Shown here: positions 46,154 through 56,433 of the stretch, piece by piece
How positions within the stretch are numbered: the first letter of the stretch is position 1
Layout: each line of letters begins with the position of its first letter
Assembly (NCBI GenBank): GCA_020348445.1
Contig: CP070751.1
Span: 484,594-548,593, forward strand
Direction: 5' to 3'
DNA from: Thermoplasmata archaeon
Lineage (GTDB): Archaea; Thermoplasmatota; Thermoplasmata; GCA-020350865
DNA length: 64,000 nucleotides
Program-made: the position numbers and the translations under genes
Notes under the pieces: generated by a model
Told to the model about the DNA's origin: nothing
The model's input: only the letters and a program-made list of their open reading frames with translations
Databases searched by the model: none

Positions 46154-49100
46154 ATGGCATATAAGTACCAAGTGACGAAAATGATAGGAGAGCAATCCAA
46201 ATTCAAACCAGGCATAACCATTCACCTTATCTATATCTTGGCATTGATTGGCTTTATGATTTTTAGCTTTCTATCTAGCACCATGGCCTTGTCTATTGTA
46301 TCCACTCCAAACACCGAGCAATCGAGAGTATATCAAATTCCTGAGCCCTCCTCGAATATGCACATTTATATGAAGGCCGCATGCTTCGATCCTATAAAAG
46401 AAGAGCCAGGGATATCACCTGAGTGGACTTATACCTCGCCCAATCGCTATTTTTTGGTGCAATTTCATGGTCCCATTCAATCCCAATGGATTACGGACAT
46501 CCAATCATCTGGAGCTGTCATCTTGGGATACATACCGCAATACTCTTACTTACTCTCCATGGATATGGATGTGAAAGAGAGAATTGAAAATCTCCAATTT
46601 ATCAGATGGATTGGTTTATATCATCCAGCATATAAGATTCAAAGCCACCTTTATGAGAAACAAGGAGAAATCGAGCTCAATTTGCTGGTCTTTGAAGATC
46701 ATCATGACAATCTACACAAAGTGAGAACTCAACTGATGGCAATGGGGGGGGAAATTACTTATGCGGGGGAGGACAATCATATAATAAGGGTGAAGATAGA
46801 CGCATCCGAGTTAAAAAGCATAGCATTTATACCTGAGGTGGAATGGATCGATTTATACTCAAAACCTGTTGCTACAATGAATAAGATCCGCGCTTTCACA
46901 GGGGCCAACACCCTCTCTTCTGCTGGTTTCACAGGCTCCGGCATTGTGGGTGAAGTAAAGGACGACGGCATAGACCAAAGTCATCCGGATTTTGATGGAC
47001 AGCTGATAGGCACAGATGGTGGTCCTCCAAACGCATCACACGGCACTTGCGCTTTCGGTGTAGTGTTTTCCAATGGTGGAGGTGATTCAAATGCCATGGG
47101 AATGCTTCCCGGGGGAAAGGGTGTTTTTTGTGATTGGGGTGTCTCTACTACAACTTCTATTAGCAATCTCGTCTATACCTGGGGGGGTGTATTTCAGAGC
47201 AACAGTTGGAGTGCAGGTGCAGATGATAGCACCTACACCACAGTTTCTTTTGAGAACGATGAAGCTATAGACGATTTTGATATCGTCATGCTCCATTCAG
47301 CAGGCAATGACGGAATTGCACAGGAGACATGCACCCAGGACTCAGTGGCCAAGAATGTCATAGGCGTGGGTGCCGTGACTCATTATGACAATATCCTTAG
47401 ATCCGACGACAAATGGGTACTTTCGGTTGCAGGTAGCACCCCTGCACAGGGTCCTGCTTCCGATGGAAGGGTAAAACCAGATCTGGTGGGGCCTTTTGAT
47501 TCCATCTACACCACGGATGTTGTTGGAAATGGCGGATATAATCCTGGGGACTATTACAATTTCGCAGGAACAAGCGGTGCCACACCAGTTGTCGCAGGGG
47601 CTGTGGGTTTGGTTTACCAGATGTACAAGGAAAATTTTTTTGGTAACAACCCAGGGGGAGGGCTACCCCACGCCTCTACTGTCAAGGCCTTATTGATCGC
47701 AAATGCATATCAGTACGATTTCTCAAAGGCGAACAGGTTTCAGCAGGGTTGGGGAGGGGTGGATGTGGGGCGTGTATACGAAATGGGCCAGAATCACTTT
47801 ATCGTGAATGAAGATGACTCCCTTCAAACAGGTTTCAGTGAAATATATGAGATCACAACTCAAGGTGGGGAGCCCTTGAAGATATCCTTGGTATGGACGG
47901 ATTTACCACAACCACTTCCCGCAACAAAGCCTCTCATCAACGATTTGCATTTAAAGGTAACAGACCCCAACAATGTCGTTTACTGGGGGAATGTAGGGTT
48001 GAACACCTCCAAATGGTCCTCCGCAGGCGGAAGTGCCGATACAATAAACAATGTTGAGAACGTGTTCATAGAGAATCCCACACCAGGTTTCTGGACAGTG
48101 GAGGTGATCGGAGGAAATATTCCTTTGGATGGCGATCCCACAGTCCCGGGTGTAAACCAGGCATATGCTCTAATTGCATCAAATGCAATAGAAACATTGA
48201 CCGTCGATATTACGAATCCATCATCTTCCGAAATTTTGAATGATATCATTACGATAACAGGCATTTCATCTGAACATGTTAGCCAGGTTGAGGTGAGGAT
48301 AGATAGTGGTTCTTGGGAGTTGGCATCAGGAACCACAGATTGGTCTTTCGAATGGGACACCCGCTTATTTTCTGATGGGGATCATACAATATATGTTAGG
48401 GGAGTCAACGGAACAATGTATTCGAAAGTCAAGTCAGTTGAGGTATCGCTTGATAACACCCCCCCGACAACCTCGATTATTGTAGGAGATCCAAAATACC
48501 TAAACGGCTCCCAATTGTTCGTCTCTGATTTGACTCAATTCAATTTAAATGCCGCAGACAGCGGAAGCGGATTATTTTATACACGATATCGGATAGTTTA
48601 CGAGGGAAACGAGGTTGTGGGTTGGACAATTGGCAATTCATTTACACTTTCGTGGGGTGAGGGCTACTATACGATCCAATACGACAGTGAAGACATGTTA
48701 GGAAACAAAGAGGCTACCAATACAACCTTCGCGTATGTGGATTCATCCTCTCCAAAAACCAGTTTACAGATTGGAATGCCAAAATACCGCGACTACTCTT
48801 TTCATGTATTGAATGTTACTAACTCTACACCTTTTACCATATTGCTTTTGGAGGAGGCAAGCTCAGTGGATTTTTTCTGGTACACTATCGATGGGGCATA
48901 TTTTTTGGGTCAGACCTTTGATTTGACAGGTTTTCTTGACGGTATTCATATAATTACTTGGGGGAGCCAGGATGTCTTCGGCTTTAATGAATCTGGCAAT
49001 GAAATCAATGTGACTCTGGATTCAACAGCCCCCGATACATTCTTGGATATTGGTCCTTTAAAATTCCGCGAATTTTCATTTGACTTGTGGAATGTCACAT

Positions 49101-51673
49101 CAGCTACGCAATTCTCCCTTAGCGCGAGCGATACTCATGTTGGCATTAACTTCACATGGTACACCATTGATGGAATCTTTTTTATGGGGGATGAATTTAA
49201 CCTTACAGGCTTCCTGGGTGGCCTGCATACTATATGCTGGGGTAGCGAGGACCATTTTGGCAATAACGAAACTGACAAATCAAAGGATGTAATTCTTGAT
49301 TCCGGGCCCCCGAATACCATAATAGATGTGGGCCTGTCCAAGTTCCGTGGTTCTTCATTTGACTCCTGGAATGTTACTCCATCCACAAAATTTACCCTGA
49401 GCTCAATTGACGATGCAGCAGGTGTCGATTTCACATGGTATACCATCGATGGAGTCTATTTTGAGGGTACGAGCTTTACAATGGATGGTTTAGACGATGG
49501 GCTACATACAATAGCAATGGGAGCCATGGACAATTTAGGGAATAATAGATCCGAAGCCGCGATTACGGTTTACCTGGACTCCAGGTCACCTGAATCGAAC
49601 CTCTCAATCGGTGAGCCAAAATATCACTTGTCCATAGACGACATCTGGAATGTAACAGAATCCACCTCCTTTTTATTGTCATCCTGGGATGAGCATGCAG
49701 GTGTGAAGAGCATATGGTTCAAGATTGATGGTGTTTACTTTGTAGGTTCTTTATTCAATCTCTCAGGTTATACGAACGGATTTTATACAATTGTCTGGGG
49801 TGCAATAGATAACCTTGGACATAACGAGACTGGACATTCTACTACCGTATTTTTGGATACTGACTCTCCTTATACGGAACTCGCCATTGATGAGCCAAAA
49901 CATCGGGATAAAGACGGAGATATCTGGAATATATCGACATCCACCACATTTTCACTTTTATCTCTTGATAATCGCTCGGGTGTAAAATTCTCGTGGTTCA
50001 CCATTAATGGAATGTATTTTGAAGGCACAGGCTTTAGTCTTTTTGGCTATCCAGAAGGTTATTACATCATCATCTGGGGAAGTGAGGACTTCCTTGGGAA
50101 TAACGAGACAGGAAAAACAGAAACAGTTTATTTAAGCTCAGCCATTCCAACCACCACGTTGGAGATGAATGGGGAAAGATATTGGGACTCGATTAATGAT
50201 CTATGGATTGTTACAGATGAAACACTCTTTCTCTTGACACCCGAACCCACGCCTATAGGGATAAACTTCACCTGGTACATGATCGATTCTAATTATTTTG
50301 TTGGAGCTCAATTCTCGCTCTCCGGTATAGAGGAAGGAATTCACAGGATAAAATGGGGAAGTCAAGATACCATGGGTTTCAACGAAACTGAAAACTTCCA
50401 GTATGTGATTCTGGATTTACAACCTCCAGAGACAAATTTAACCATGGGCAGCCCCAAATATCGAGAACCTGAAGAAGAGGTTTGGGCCGTTAGTAGAAAC
50501 ACTAAATTCACAATTATATCCTCGGATAATCACTCTGGAGTATCCTCCATCTGGTACATGATAGATGACGATTTCTTTTTGGGCTCGAGCTTTACATTGG
50601 ATGGATACGATGACGGTCCACATAGGATAAGTTGGGGTGCAGTGGACAATCTCGGCTATAACGAGACAAAACGGGAAATGAATATCTTTATTGACAATGA
50701 CGGTCCAACAGTTACTTTTGAAATCGGGGAACCAAATATTCCCTACAACGATTATATTCTGATAAATTCTTCATCTGCCATATCTTTTAATGATGAGGAT
50801 TCGGGTGTTGGTAATACCGTGATTTATTACTCTATTGACGGTGGCATAACATATCAGGTGTACGATTCGCCTTTCACGGTCCCCTACAAAACCATGAGGA
50901 TCATTTACTGGGCTGAGGATATCCTGGGCAACAGGGCCAACGAATACGTAATCAACGTGAAGGTGGACAATACTGATACTGATTCTGATAAAATAGATGA
51001 TATCGTCGATACTGATGATGACGGGGACGGTTTACTTGACATCGAAGAAGATATAAATCAAAATGGAATCGTGGATCCTGAAGAGACGGATCCTAAGAAC
51101 CCAGATACCGATTATGACGGATATTTGGATGGAGACGATCCTTATCCTTTGGATAAGAGTGACTGGGAAGGGGAACAAGAATCCGTTTCTGTATTCCTCA
51201 TACTCATTATCCTTGTGATTGTGGTATTTGCTATCCTCTTTATCTTCATCATGATCATGGATAGGGACAGCATGGCAAAAACCCAATGGACTTTCCCTGC
51301 CCACCCACAAGTTCCTGGTCAAGGGGGATATGAACGGACTGGCCAACAAGAGACAGGTGTTAATATCCAAAAAGAGCAGGCTGAGTCAATAGGTGAAGAG
51401 GAGATTGCATTTGAACCCCATGATGAGGAATCCTATGAAGAGGAGGTCGAGTTTGAGCCCCATGATGAACCGACTGAAGAGGAAGTCGAATTTGAGCCGC
51501 ATGATGAAGAATCCTATGAAGAGGAGGTCGAGTTTGAACCACATGACGAACCGACTGAAGAGGAAGTTGAGTTTGAGCCCCACGATGAACCGGATGAGGA
51601 AGTTCAATTTGAACCGCATGATGAACTATCTGAAGGGGAGGGGGAAGAGGAGCCTCCACCTCCTGATGATTAA
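46154..51673 (+). CDS. Membrane-anchored S8 (KP-43-like) serine protease with Ig-like repeats, DxDxDG repeats, TM and acidic repeat tail
   Basis: Asp (GEVKDDGID), His (HGTCAFG), oxyanion SAGND and Ser (GTSGATP). Propeptide YFLVQFHGP; LKISLVWTD..NNVENV domain. Start may be ATG 46181. Confidence 0.92.
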   Translation: MAYKYQVTKMIGEQSKFKPGITIHLIYILALIGFMIFSFLSSTMALSIVSTPNTEQSRVYQIPEPSSNMHIYMKAACFDPIKEEPGISPEWTYTSPNRYFLVQFHGPIQSQWITDIQSSGAVILGYIPQYSYLLSMDMDVKERIENLQFIRWIGLYHPAYKIQSHLYEKQGEIELNLLVFEDHHDNLHKVRTQLMAMGGEITYAGEDNHIIRVKIDASELKSIAFIPEVEWIDLYSKPVATMNKIRAFTGANTLSSAGFTGSGIVGEVKDDGIDQSHPDFDGQLIGTDGGPPNASHGTCAFGVVFSNGGGDSNAMGMLPGGKGVFCDWGVSTTTSISNLVYTWGGVFQSNSWSAGADDSTYTTVSFENDEAIDDFDIVMLHSAGNDGIAQETCTQDSVAKNVIGVGAVTHYDNILRSDDKWVLSVAGSTPAQGPASDGRVKPDLVGPFDSIYTTDVVGNGGYNPGDYYNFAGTSGATPVVAGAVGLVYQMYKENFFGNNPGGGLPHASTVKALLIANAYQYDFSKANRFQQGWGGVDVGRVYEMGQNHFIVNEDDSLQTGFSEIYEITTQGGEPLKISLVWTDLPQPLPATKPLINDLHLKVTDPNNVVYWGNVGLNTSKWSSAGGSADTINNVENVFIENPTPGFWTVEVIGGNIPLDGDPTVPGVNQAYALIASNAIETLTVDITNPSSSEILNDIITITGISSEHVSQVEVRIDSGSWELASGTTDWSFEWDTRLFSDGDHTIYVRGVNGTMYSKVKSVEVSLDNTPPTTSIIVGDPKYLNGSQLFVSDLTQFNLNAADSGSGLFYTRYRIVYEGNEVVGWTIGNSFTLSWGEGYYTIQYDSEDMLGNKEATNTTFAYVDSSSPKTSLQIGMPKYRDYSFHVLNVTNSTPFTILLLEEASSVDFFWYTIDGAYFLGQTFDLTGFLDGIHIITWGSQDVFGFNESGNEINVTLDSTAPDTFLDIGPLKFREFSFDLWNVTSATQFSLSASDTHVGINFTWYTIDGIFFMGDEFNLTGFLGGLHTICWGSEDHFGNNETDKSKDVILDSGPPNTIIDVGLSKFRGSSFDSWNVTPSTKFTLSSIDDAAGVDFTWYTIDGVYFEGTSFTMDGLDDGLHTIAMGAMDNLGNNRSEAAITVYLDSRSPESNLSIGEPKYHLSIDDIWNVTESTSFLLSSWDEHAGVKSIWFKIDGVYFVGSLFNLSGYTNGFYTIVWGAIDNLGHNETGHSTTVFLDTDSPYTELAIDEPKHRDKDGDIWNISTSTTFSLLSLDNRSGVKFSWFTINGMYFEGTGFSLFGYPEGYYIIIWGSEDFLGNNETGKTETVYLSSAIPTTTLEMNGERYWDSINDLWIVTDETLFLLTPEPTPIGINFTWYMIDSNYFVGAQFSLSGIEEGIHRIKWGSQDTMGFNETENFQYVILDLQPPETNLTMGSPKYREPEEEVWAVSRNTKFTIISSDNHSGVSSIWYMIDDDFFLGSSFTLDGYDDGPHRISWGAVDNLGYNETKREMNIFIDNDGPTVTFEIGEPNIPYNDYILINSSSAISFNDEDSGVGNTVIYYSIDGGITYQVYDSPFTVPYKTMRIIYWAEDILGNRANEYVINVKVDNTDTDSDKIDDIVDTDDDGDGLLDIEEDINQNGIVDPEETDPKNPDTDYDGYLDGDDPYPLDKSDWEGEQESVSVFLILIILVIVVFAILFIFIMIMDRDSMAKTQWTFPAHPQVPGQGGYERTGQQETGVNIQKEQAESIGEEEIAFEPHDEESYEEEVEFEPHDEPTEEEVEFEPHDEESYEEEVEFEPHDEPTEEEVEFEPHDEPDEEVQFEPHDELSEGEGEEEPPPPDD
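51410..51625 (+). repeat. Coding tandem repeat, six FEPHDE units (42/39/42/39/36-bp spacing; 81-bp super-unit twice)
   Basis: Unit starts at 51410, 51452, 51491, 51533, 51572 and 51608. Confidence 0.93.
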
Positions 51674-51822
51674 GAATTTGAATCCATTATGCTCGTGATG
51701 AGAATATAAAGTTCAAGTCCCACAAGGAAAAGATCGGATTCGAGCTGGCCAAATAGATCATAAATTTTCTTATCTGCAACTTTTATTACCACGCAACACA
51801 TACCCCAACTCGACGATATGAG

Positions 51823-52719
51823 GTGGTTGGGAATATGATCACAGAAAATGTAGTGAAACAAGCTACTTTTGAGCTTTTAAGAAATGCCGTGACCGTTTTG
51901 CCAAGGGATATAAATGAGGCCCTTAAAAAAGCCTATGAAACTGAGGAGGAGGCCATACCCAAGATGCAACTTAAGAATATACTCGATAACATCGAACTGG
52001 CAAAAGCTGGTCCCCTCCCCATGTGCCAGGACACCGGCATCCATATTTTCTATGTGACATATGGGAAAGATATGATTATGAAAGTCGAGGAAGCGATAAA
52101 AGATGGCCTGAGGGAGGCCACAAAATCGGTTCCACTTCGACCAAATGCTGTACATCCTCTGACAAGGAACAATCCAGGGGATAACACGGGATTGAAAATG
52201 CCCTACATAAACTACCGTTTCTCGGATGAGGACTTCTTAGAAATCGCAGTGATGCCAAAAGGAGCAGGTTCTGAAAACATGAGCGCATTGAAGATGCTAA
52301 CTCCATCTCAAGGTCTTGCCGGTATAAAGGAATTTGTTTTGAACACCATGGTAAATGCGGGGGGAAAACCCTGTCCTCCCACAATAATAGGAATGGGCAT
52401 AGGAGGTTCTGCAGACATATCAATGAAGCTTGCCAAGGAAGCGCTCCTAAGACCTGTTAACGCACCTAACAAGGACCCCCAAATCGCAGAGCTGGAAAAG
52501 GACCTTTATGAGGCCATAAATACCCTGGGAATTGGACCAATGGGCCTTGGTGGAAAGACCACTGTATTGGGTGTTAACATCGAATATGCATACTGCCATA
52601 CAGCGAGCCTGCCAGTGGCTGTGAATATTCAGTGCTGGGCAGCGAGAAGGGCCACTGCAAGGATTCACAAAGATGGTTCAATTGAGCATATCACCCATCC
52701 CAAGGAGGGAGAAATATGA
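51823..52719 (+). CDS. Class I Fe-S fumarate hydratase/tartrate dehydratase, alpha subunit
   Basis: PMCQDTG, KGAGSEN, GGKPCPP, GPMGLGG, HTASLPVAVNIQCWAARRA. Start probably ATG 51837. Confidence 0.92.
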   Translation: MVGNMITENVVKQATFELLRNAVTVLPRDINEALKKAYETEEEAIPKMQLKNILDNIELAKAGPLPMCQDTGIHIFYVTYGKDMIMKVEEAIKDGLREATKSVPLRPNAVHPLTRNNPGDNTGLKMPYINYRFSDEDFLEIAVMPKGAGSENMSALKMLTPSQGLAGIKEFVLNTMVNAGGKPCPPTIIGMGIGGSADISMKLAKEALLRPVNAPNKDPQIAELEKDLYEAINTLGIGPMGLGGKTTVLGVNIEYAYCHTASLPVAVNIQCWAARRATARIHKDGSIEHITHPKEGEI

Positions 52720-53318
52720 CTGAGTTTTCGTTGAGTACACCTTTGGATGAGGCAGCAATCAGGCAATTAAATATCGGGGATGTGGTTTATTTAAATGGAA
52801 CGATTTTCACAGGAAGAGATGAGGTACATATCCACGCATTGAAGTTACTCAATGAAGGTAAAGATATTCCCGTGGAATTAAAGGATGCTGCGCTTTTCCA
52901 TTGTGGACCAATAATGCAAAAAGAACATGAGAAATGGCATCTTGTGGCTGCTGGGCCCACCACAAGCTCCCGTATGAACTCTTTGGAACCTGAATTTATA
53001 TCAAAATTTGGTGTAAGGGCAATTATCGGTAAAGGTGGTATGTCGAAACCAACTTTGGATGTAATGGGAGATTTTGGATGTGTGTACCTGGCGATAACAG
53101 GAGGAGCAGCACTTCTTGCCGCCAAAGGCATAAAGAATGTATTAGGTGTGCATTGGCTTGATCTGGGTATGCCCGAGGCTCTTTGGGTTTTGGAGAGCCA
53201 AAATTTTGGACCGTTGATCGTCGCCATGGATAGTCATGGAAAAAGCCTATACGAGAAGGTCAGAAGTGATACCGAGAGAAATATGGAGGATGTGAGAAAA
53301 ATATTAAAATTGGACTAA
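52716..53318 (+). CDS. Class I Fe-S fumarate hydratase/tartrate dehydratase, beta subunit
   Basis: TGRDEVH, HCGPI, AGPTTSSRM, IGKGGM, DLGMPEALW; ATGA overlap with alpha. Confidence 0.92.
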   Translation: MTEFSLSTPLDEAAIRQLNIGDVVYLNGTIFTGRDEVHIHALKLLNEGKDIPVELKDAALFHCGPIMQKEHEKWHLVAAGPTTSSRMNSLEPEFISKFGVRAIIGKGGMSKPTLDVMGDFGCVYLAITGGAALLAAKGIKNVLGVHWLDLGMPEALWVLESQNFGPLIVAMDSHGKSLYEKVRSDTERNMEDVRKILKLD

Positions 53319-53321
53319 GTT

Positions 53322-53846
53322 TCAGCGGGCCTTCCATGATTCTATGAAGCTCTCCACGATATTATCCAAGAATGAGGGTCTGTAAGTGATAAGAACGTTG
53401 GCGATGGCCTCCTCATCCACAGCTTTATATATTGTCGTTCTACCCTTTTTCTTCTTTTCGATGATCTCCTTTTTCACCAACTTGTTCAGATGATATGCCA
53501 GCTTGGAGGGAGCCAGTTCGAATTTGCTGGCAATTTCGTTAAACTGCGAGTCTGGGTTGAGCATCAGAAAAAGGACCAACCCCCTTGCCGTCTCGTTTCG
53601 AAGACATGCAAGAATCCTTTTTTCACTCCCTTTTACCTTACCGACGATATAATAGCGTTTCAAATTCCCGTCATGGATGGACACCAATAAGTCATGTTTG
53701 ATCATATAATTCAGCTGATAATTTAAATTACCACTGGATATCTCAAGTCTACGCAAAATCTCCCTGAAATGAAGACCTGGGAAATTTGAAATGAGATCGA
53801 AAATATCTCTTCTGGTCTCCAAATCAACTTCTTTTGCCATATTCAA
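53322..53846 (-). CDS. Tandem winged-helix transcriptional regulator
   Basis: R..I...I..FPG.HFREI.R.L and a second HTH (L.YHL.KL). Confidence 0.85.
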   Translation of the reverse strand: MNMAKEVDLETRRDIFDLISNFPGLHFREILRRLEISSGNLNYQLNYMIKHDLLVSIHDGNLKRYYIVGKVKGSEKRILACLRNETARGLVLFLMLNPDSQFNEIASKFELAPSKLAYHLNKLVKKEIIEKKKKGRTTIYKAVDEEAIANVLITYRPSFLDNIVESFIESWKAR

Positions 53847-53966
53847 TGTTCTCCCGAGCTCTTCCCCCTAAAGTTCCCAAAAATCACGGTCAAACACATG
53901 ATATTTCCCCGCAAATGTCCTCTTTCACATTTACCATCAATCCATTCATAGGAATCCAACGTCACT

Positions 53967-54293
53967 TCACTTAGCATCTTTGTTTTGGTTCTTCTTGGAT
54001 TCGGACTCTGACTTTTCCCTGCTTTTCGGCGGAGTCAAAATCCAAAAGAACAAGAATATAAGGATGGCAGCATCGAAAAAGACACTGTAAGTAAGGAGGT
54101 CCGATTCGTCTTTAAAAGATGATGTAAAGATGGATAGGGTCAAGATGATACCCTTTACAAGAAAAATCAAGAACACCAGGGCTGCAAACAGTATTCCCCT
54201 GGATCTTTCCCTTTTGTAGGCAAGGGCACTTATTATTAAAAGCACGAAAGCCAACACCGTTACCATGGCTACTGCTATTTCAAAACCTTCCAT
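53967..54293 (-). CDS. Small 3-TM membrane protein upstream of the wHTH regulator
   Basis: Three hydrophobic helices, AYKRERS loop, basic tail. Confidence 0.75.
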   Translation of the reverse strand: MEGFEIAVAMVTVLAFVLLIISALAYKRERSRGILFAALVFLIFLVKGIILTLSIFTSSFKDESDLLTYSVFFDAAILIFLFFWILTPPKSREKSESESKKNQNKDAK

Positions 54294-54367
54294 TTTATCA
54301 CATCCTTTGATAAGGAATTGATAATAAATAGACTTTTTGGGGTCTTTATCTCCCTATCCAGAAGTGG

Positions 54368-54898
54368 CTAAAATGTATGGAAGGCCAGCTTGGAATCATT
54401 GGATTTTTTTATTATTTGTATCCCATCCCCCACATATGCGTTTTGAACCATGAACTCATCGTCAGGATCCAACCTACCATTTTTATTTTTATCGTGAAAG
54501 ATGCACCGAAGATCACCTTGGGTTTCCACCACAATACCGTCTGTTAATACTTCAGTGCTATTTGAACTATCGGTGCCAGCATCCCTTAGAACCAGTTTAA
54601 CCTCCGATAAATCCACGTTCACATCCCTTACGTTGCCAGAATATGAATCCATAACATCCTGATCCCTGTAGAAAACCATATTCTTGGTGGGATTGGGATT
54701 GTTCTGCCCAGAGAATATCACTGTGGAGACGAACAAGATGATGATGATAATGGCAACGACCAACAATTTCAAGTTGGTTTTTTGCTTTGGGGCAGAAACT
54801 TCATCTACCTTTGCTTTATCCTCTCTCTCTTCCTCCCTCTCTTCCTCCCCTTCTTCCTTTACCTCTTCATCCTCTTTGTTTTCCGAATTCTCCATCAT
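54368..54898 (-). CDS. Single-TM protein with acidic N-terminus and extracellular domain
   Basis: E-rich start, TM LLVVAIIIIILFVSTVIF, C-terminal D.N.NG.LD..D.F motif. Confidence 0.72.
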   Translation of the reverse strand: MMENSENKEDEEVKEEGEEEREEEREDKAKVDEVSAPKQKTNLKLLVVAIIIIILFVSTVIFSGQNNPNPTKNMVFYRDQDVMDSYSGNVRDVNVDLSEVKLVLRDAGTDSSNSTEVLTDGIVVETQGDLRCIFHDKNKNGRLDPDDEFMVQNAYVGDGIQIIKKSNDSKLAFHTF

Positions 54899-54940
54899 AT
54901 CACGAAAGAATTGTTTTTTTCGAATTTCATTCTATTTTAC

Positions 54941-55753
54941 TTATTCCACAACCACAGCCCCGTAGCCAACAACATCCCTCATCTCCATAACATCGCCGGA
55001 AGTGGAATACTTTAATAAACTGGCCTTGCTGCCATTTACAGCCTCTATCATGGCCATGACTGGGCCGTAACCGCACATGGAGATATTGTATTTATCTACA
55101 GTCTTGTACAATGACTTTGCATCCAAATTGATGATGGCATCGATTGCCATCTTATCCTTCTTTTCAGCCATCTCCTTGGGGACATAATGTGAAAAATCGG
55201 TTGAGGCGATCACAACCACATCCTTACCCTCGATAGCCTTGGAGATAATGATCCCCACTTCTTTTGCCATCTTGTAGGTTTGATGACCAATGCATAATGG
55301 AACGAATTTGATATCTGGTTTAAGAAACTGCAAAAACGGCAACTGCACCTCTATCGAGTGCTCATTTCTGTGGGCCATCAAATCGTTATCGATGACACCT
55401 GTGTGAAGTTTCTGTGCTAATTCCATATCAATGGCCACATCGCCAAGAGGGGTATTGAATTCCTCAGTTGTTATGGCAATAGGGCTTCCAAAACCACCAT
55501 GCTTTGGGCCTATTACTATGAATGTATCTGGGAAGCCATCTTTTGCCAAAGCAGTGCACACATGTGCCGCAACAGGCCCAGAAAACATATAGCCCGCATG
55601 GGGCATTACAGCTCCTTTGATATTTCTTTCCCCACTCTTCAGTTCTGGTATCTCCCCAGGGCCCAATCTGTGAAGAAAACATGCCTCAATCTGCTTTCTT
55701 AGCGCACCTTCCTTTCCCTCATAAAACTGTCCTGCCACAGCCGGGTATCTCAT
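54941..55753 (-). CDS. MEMO1 family protein (AmmeMemoRadiSam protein B)
   Basis: RYPAVAGQFY, PHAGYMFSG, EHSIEVQLPFLQ, ASTDFSHY, SMCGYGP. Confidence 0.95.
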   Translation of the reverse strand: MRYPAVAGQFYEGKEGALRKQIEACFLHRLGPGEIPELKSGERNIKGAVMPHAGYMFSGPVAAHVCTALAKDGFPDTFIVIGPKHGGFGSPIAITTEEFNTPLGDVAIDMELAQKLHTGVIDNDLMAHRNEHSIEVQLPFLQFLKPDIKFVPLCIGHQTYKMAKEVGIIISKAIEGKDVVVIASTDFSHYVPKEMAEKKDKMAIDAIINLDAKSLYKTVDKYNISMCGYGPVMAMIEAVNGSKASLLKYSTSGDVMEMRDVVGYGAVVVE

Positions 55754-55817
55754 ATTCTACCTCCGTCCCTTTGATTATGAAATATCTAAAAAACAATATA
55801 CATTTTGAGGTATAAAA

Positions 55818-56432
55818 CTATAGTGATGCTTCAAAGTCCTCCATGGTGGGGGTGAAATCCTCATCTTTCTCTATTGCGCCTTTTAATTTTAGAAATTCTC
55901 TTGTGAGTATCCAATAGACGGCCGCAAGTGCCATCCTTCCCTTGTTGTTTGCAGGGATTATCAAATCCACATTTCTTGTTTCATTGTTTGCATCACAAAT
56001 TCCAACAACTGGTATGCCGATGTTCACAGCTTCCCTTAGTGCTTGCTGATCGGCAGCAGGGTCGGTCACCATCAACACATCAGGTTCCATGTATGTGGGC
56101 AGCAGGGGATTGGTCAGGGTGCCTGGAACGAATCTTCCGGGTATTACCATGACCTTGGTATGTTGGGCAAATACCTTGACAGGTTTTTGGCCGTACTGTC
56201 TTGTGGAAACCACGAGTATCTTTTTAGGCTCATATCTCGAGAGAAACCTCGATGCTTCCCGAAGGCGAGTATCAGTCTGTTTTACATCTAAAACGTAAAG
56301 GCCATCTGTACGAACCCTGAAAATGAATGGTTTCATATCTGCGCTCTTTTGTTGAGTACCTATATGAACCCCTGCAGTCAGATAAACATCCTCAGTCACC
56401 AATAAAGGCTCTCCTTTAATTTCTTCTTCCAA
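55818..56432 (-). CDS. rps2: 30S ribosomal protein S2
   Basis: [34 protein letters not shown]. Confidence 0.96.
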   Translation of the reverse strand: MEEEIKGEPLLVTEDVYLTAGVHIGTQQKSADMKPFIFRVRTDGLYVLDVKQTDTRLREASRFLSRYEPKKILVVSTRQYGQKPVKVFAQHTKVMVIPGRFVPGTLTNPLLPTYMEPDVLMVTDPAADQQALREAVNIGIPVVGICDANNETRNVDLIIPANNKGRMALAAVYWILTREFLKLKGAIEKDEDFTPTMEDFEASL

Positions 56433-56433
56433 A

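Noticed and set aside
51410-51625. Regularly spaced repeats considered as a CRISPR array
   Set aside because: In-frame coding repeats with non-unique spacers; no cas genes or leader.
53843-53977. 44-codon ORF bridging the 3-TM gene and the wHTH gene
   Set aside because: No RBS or recognisable motif; it probably spans the regulator's promoter or leader. Not supportable without homologues.
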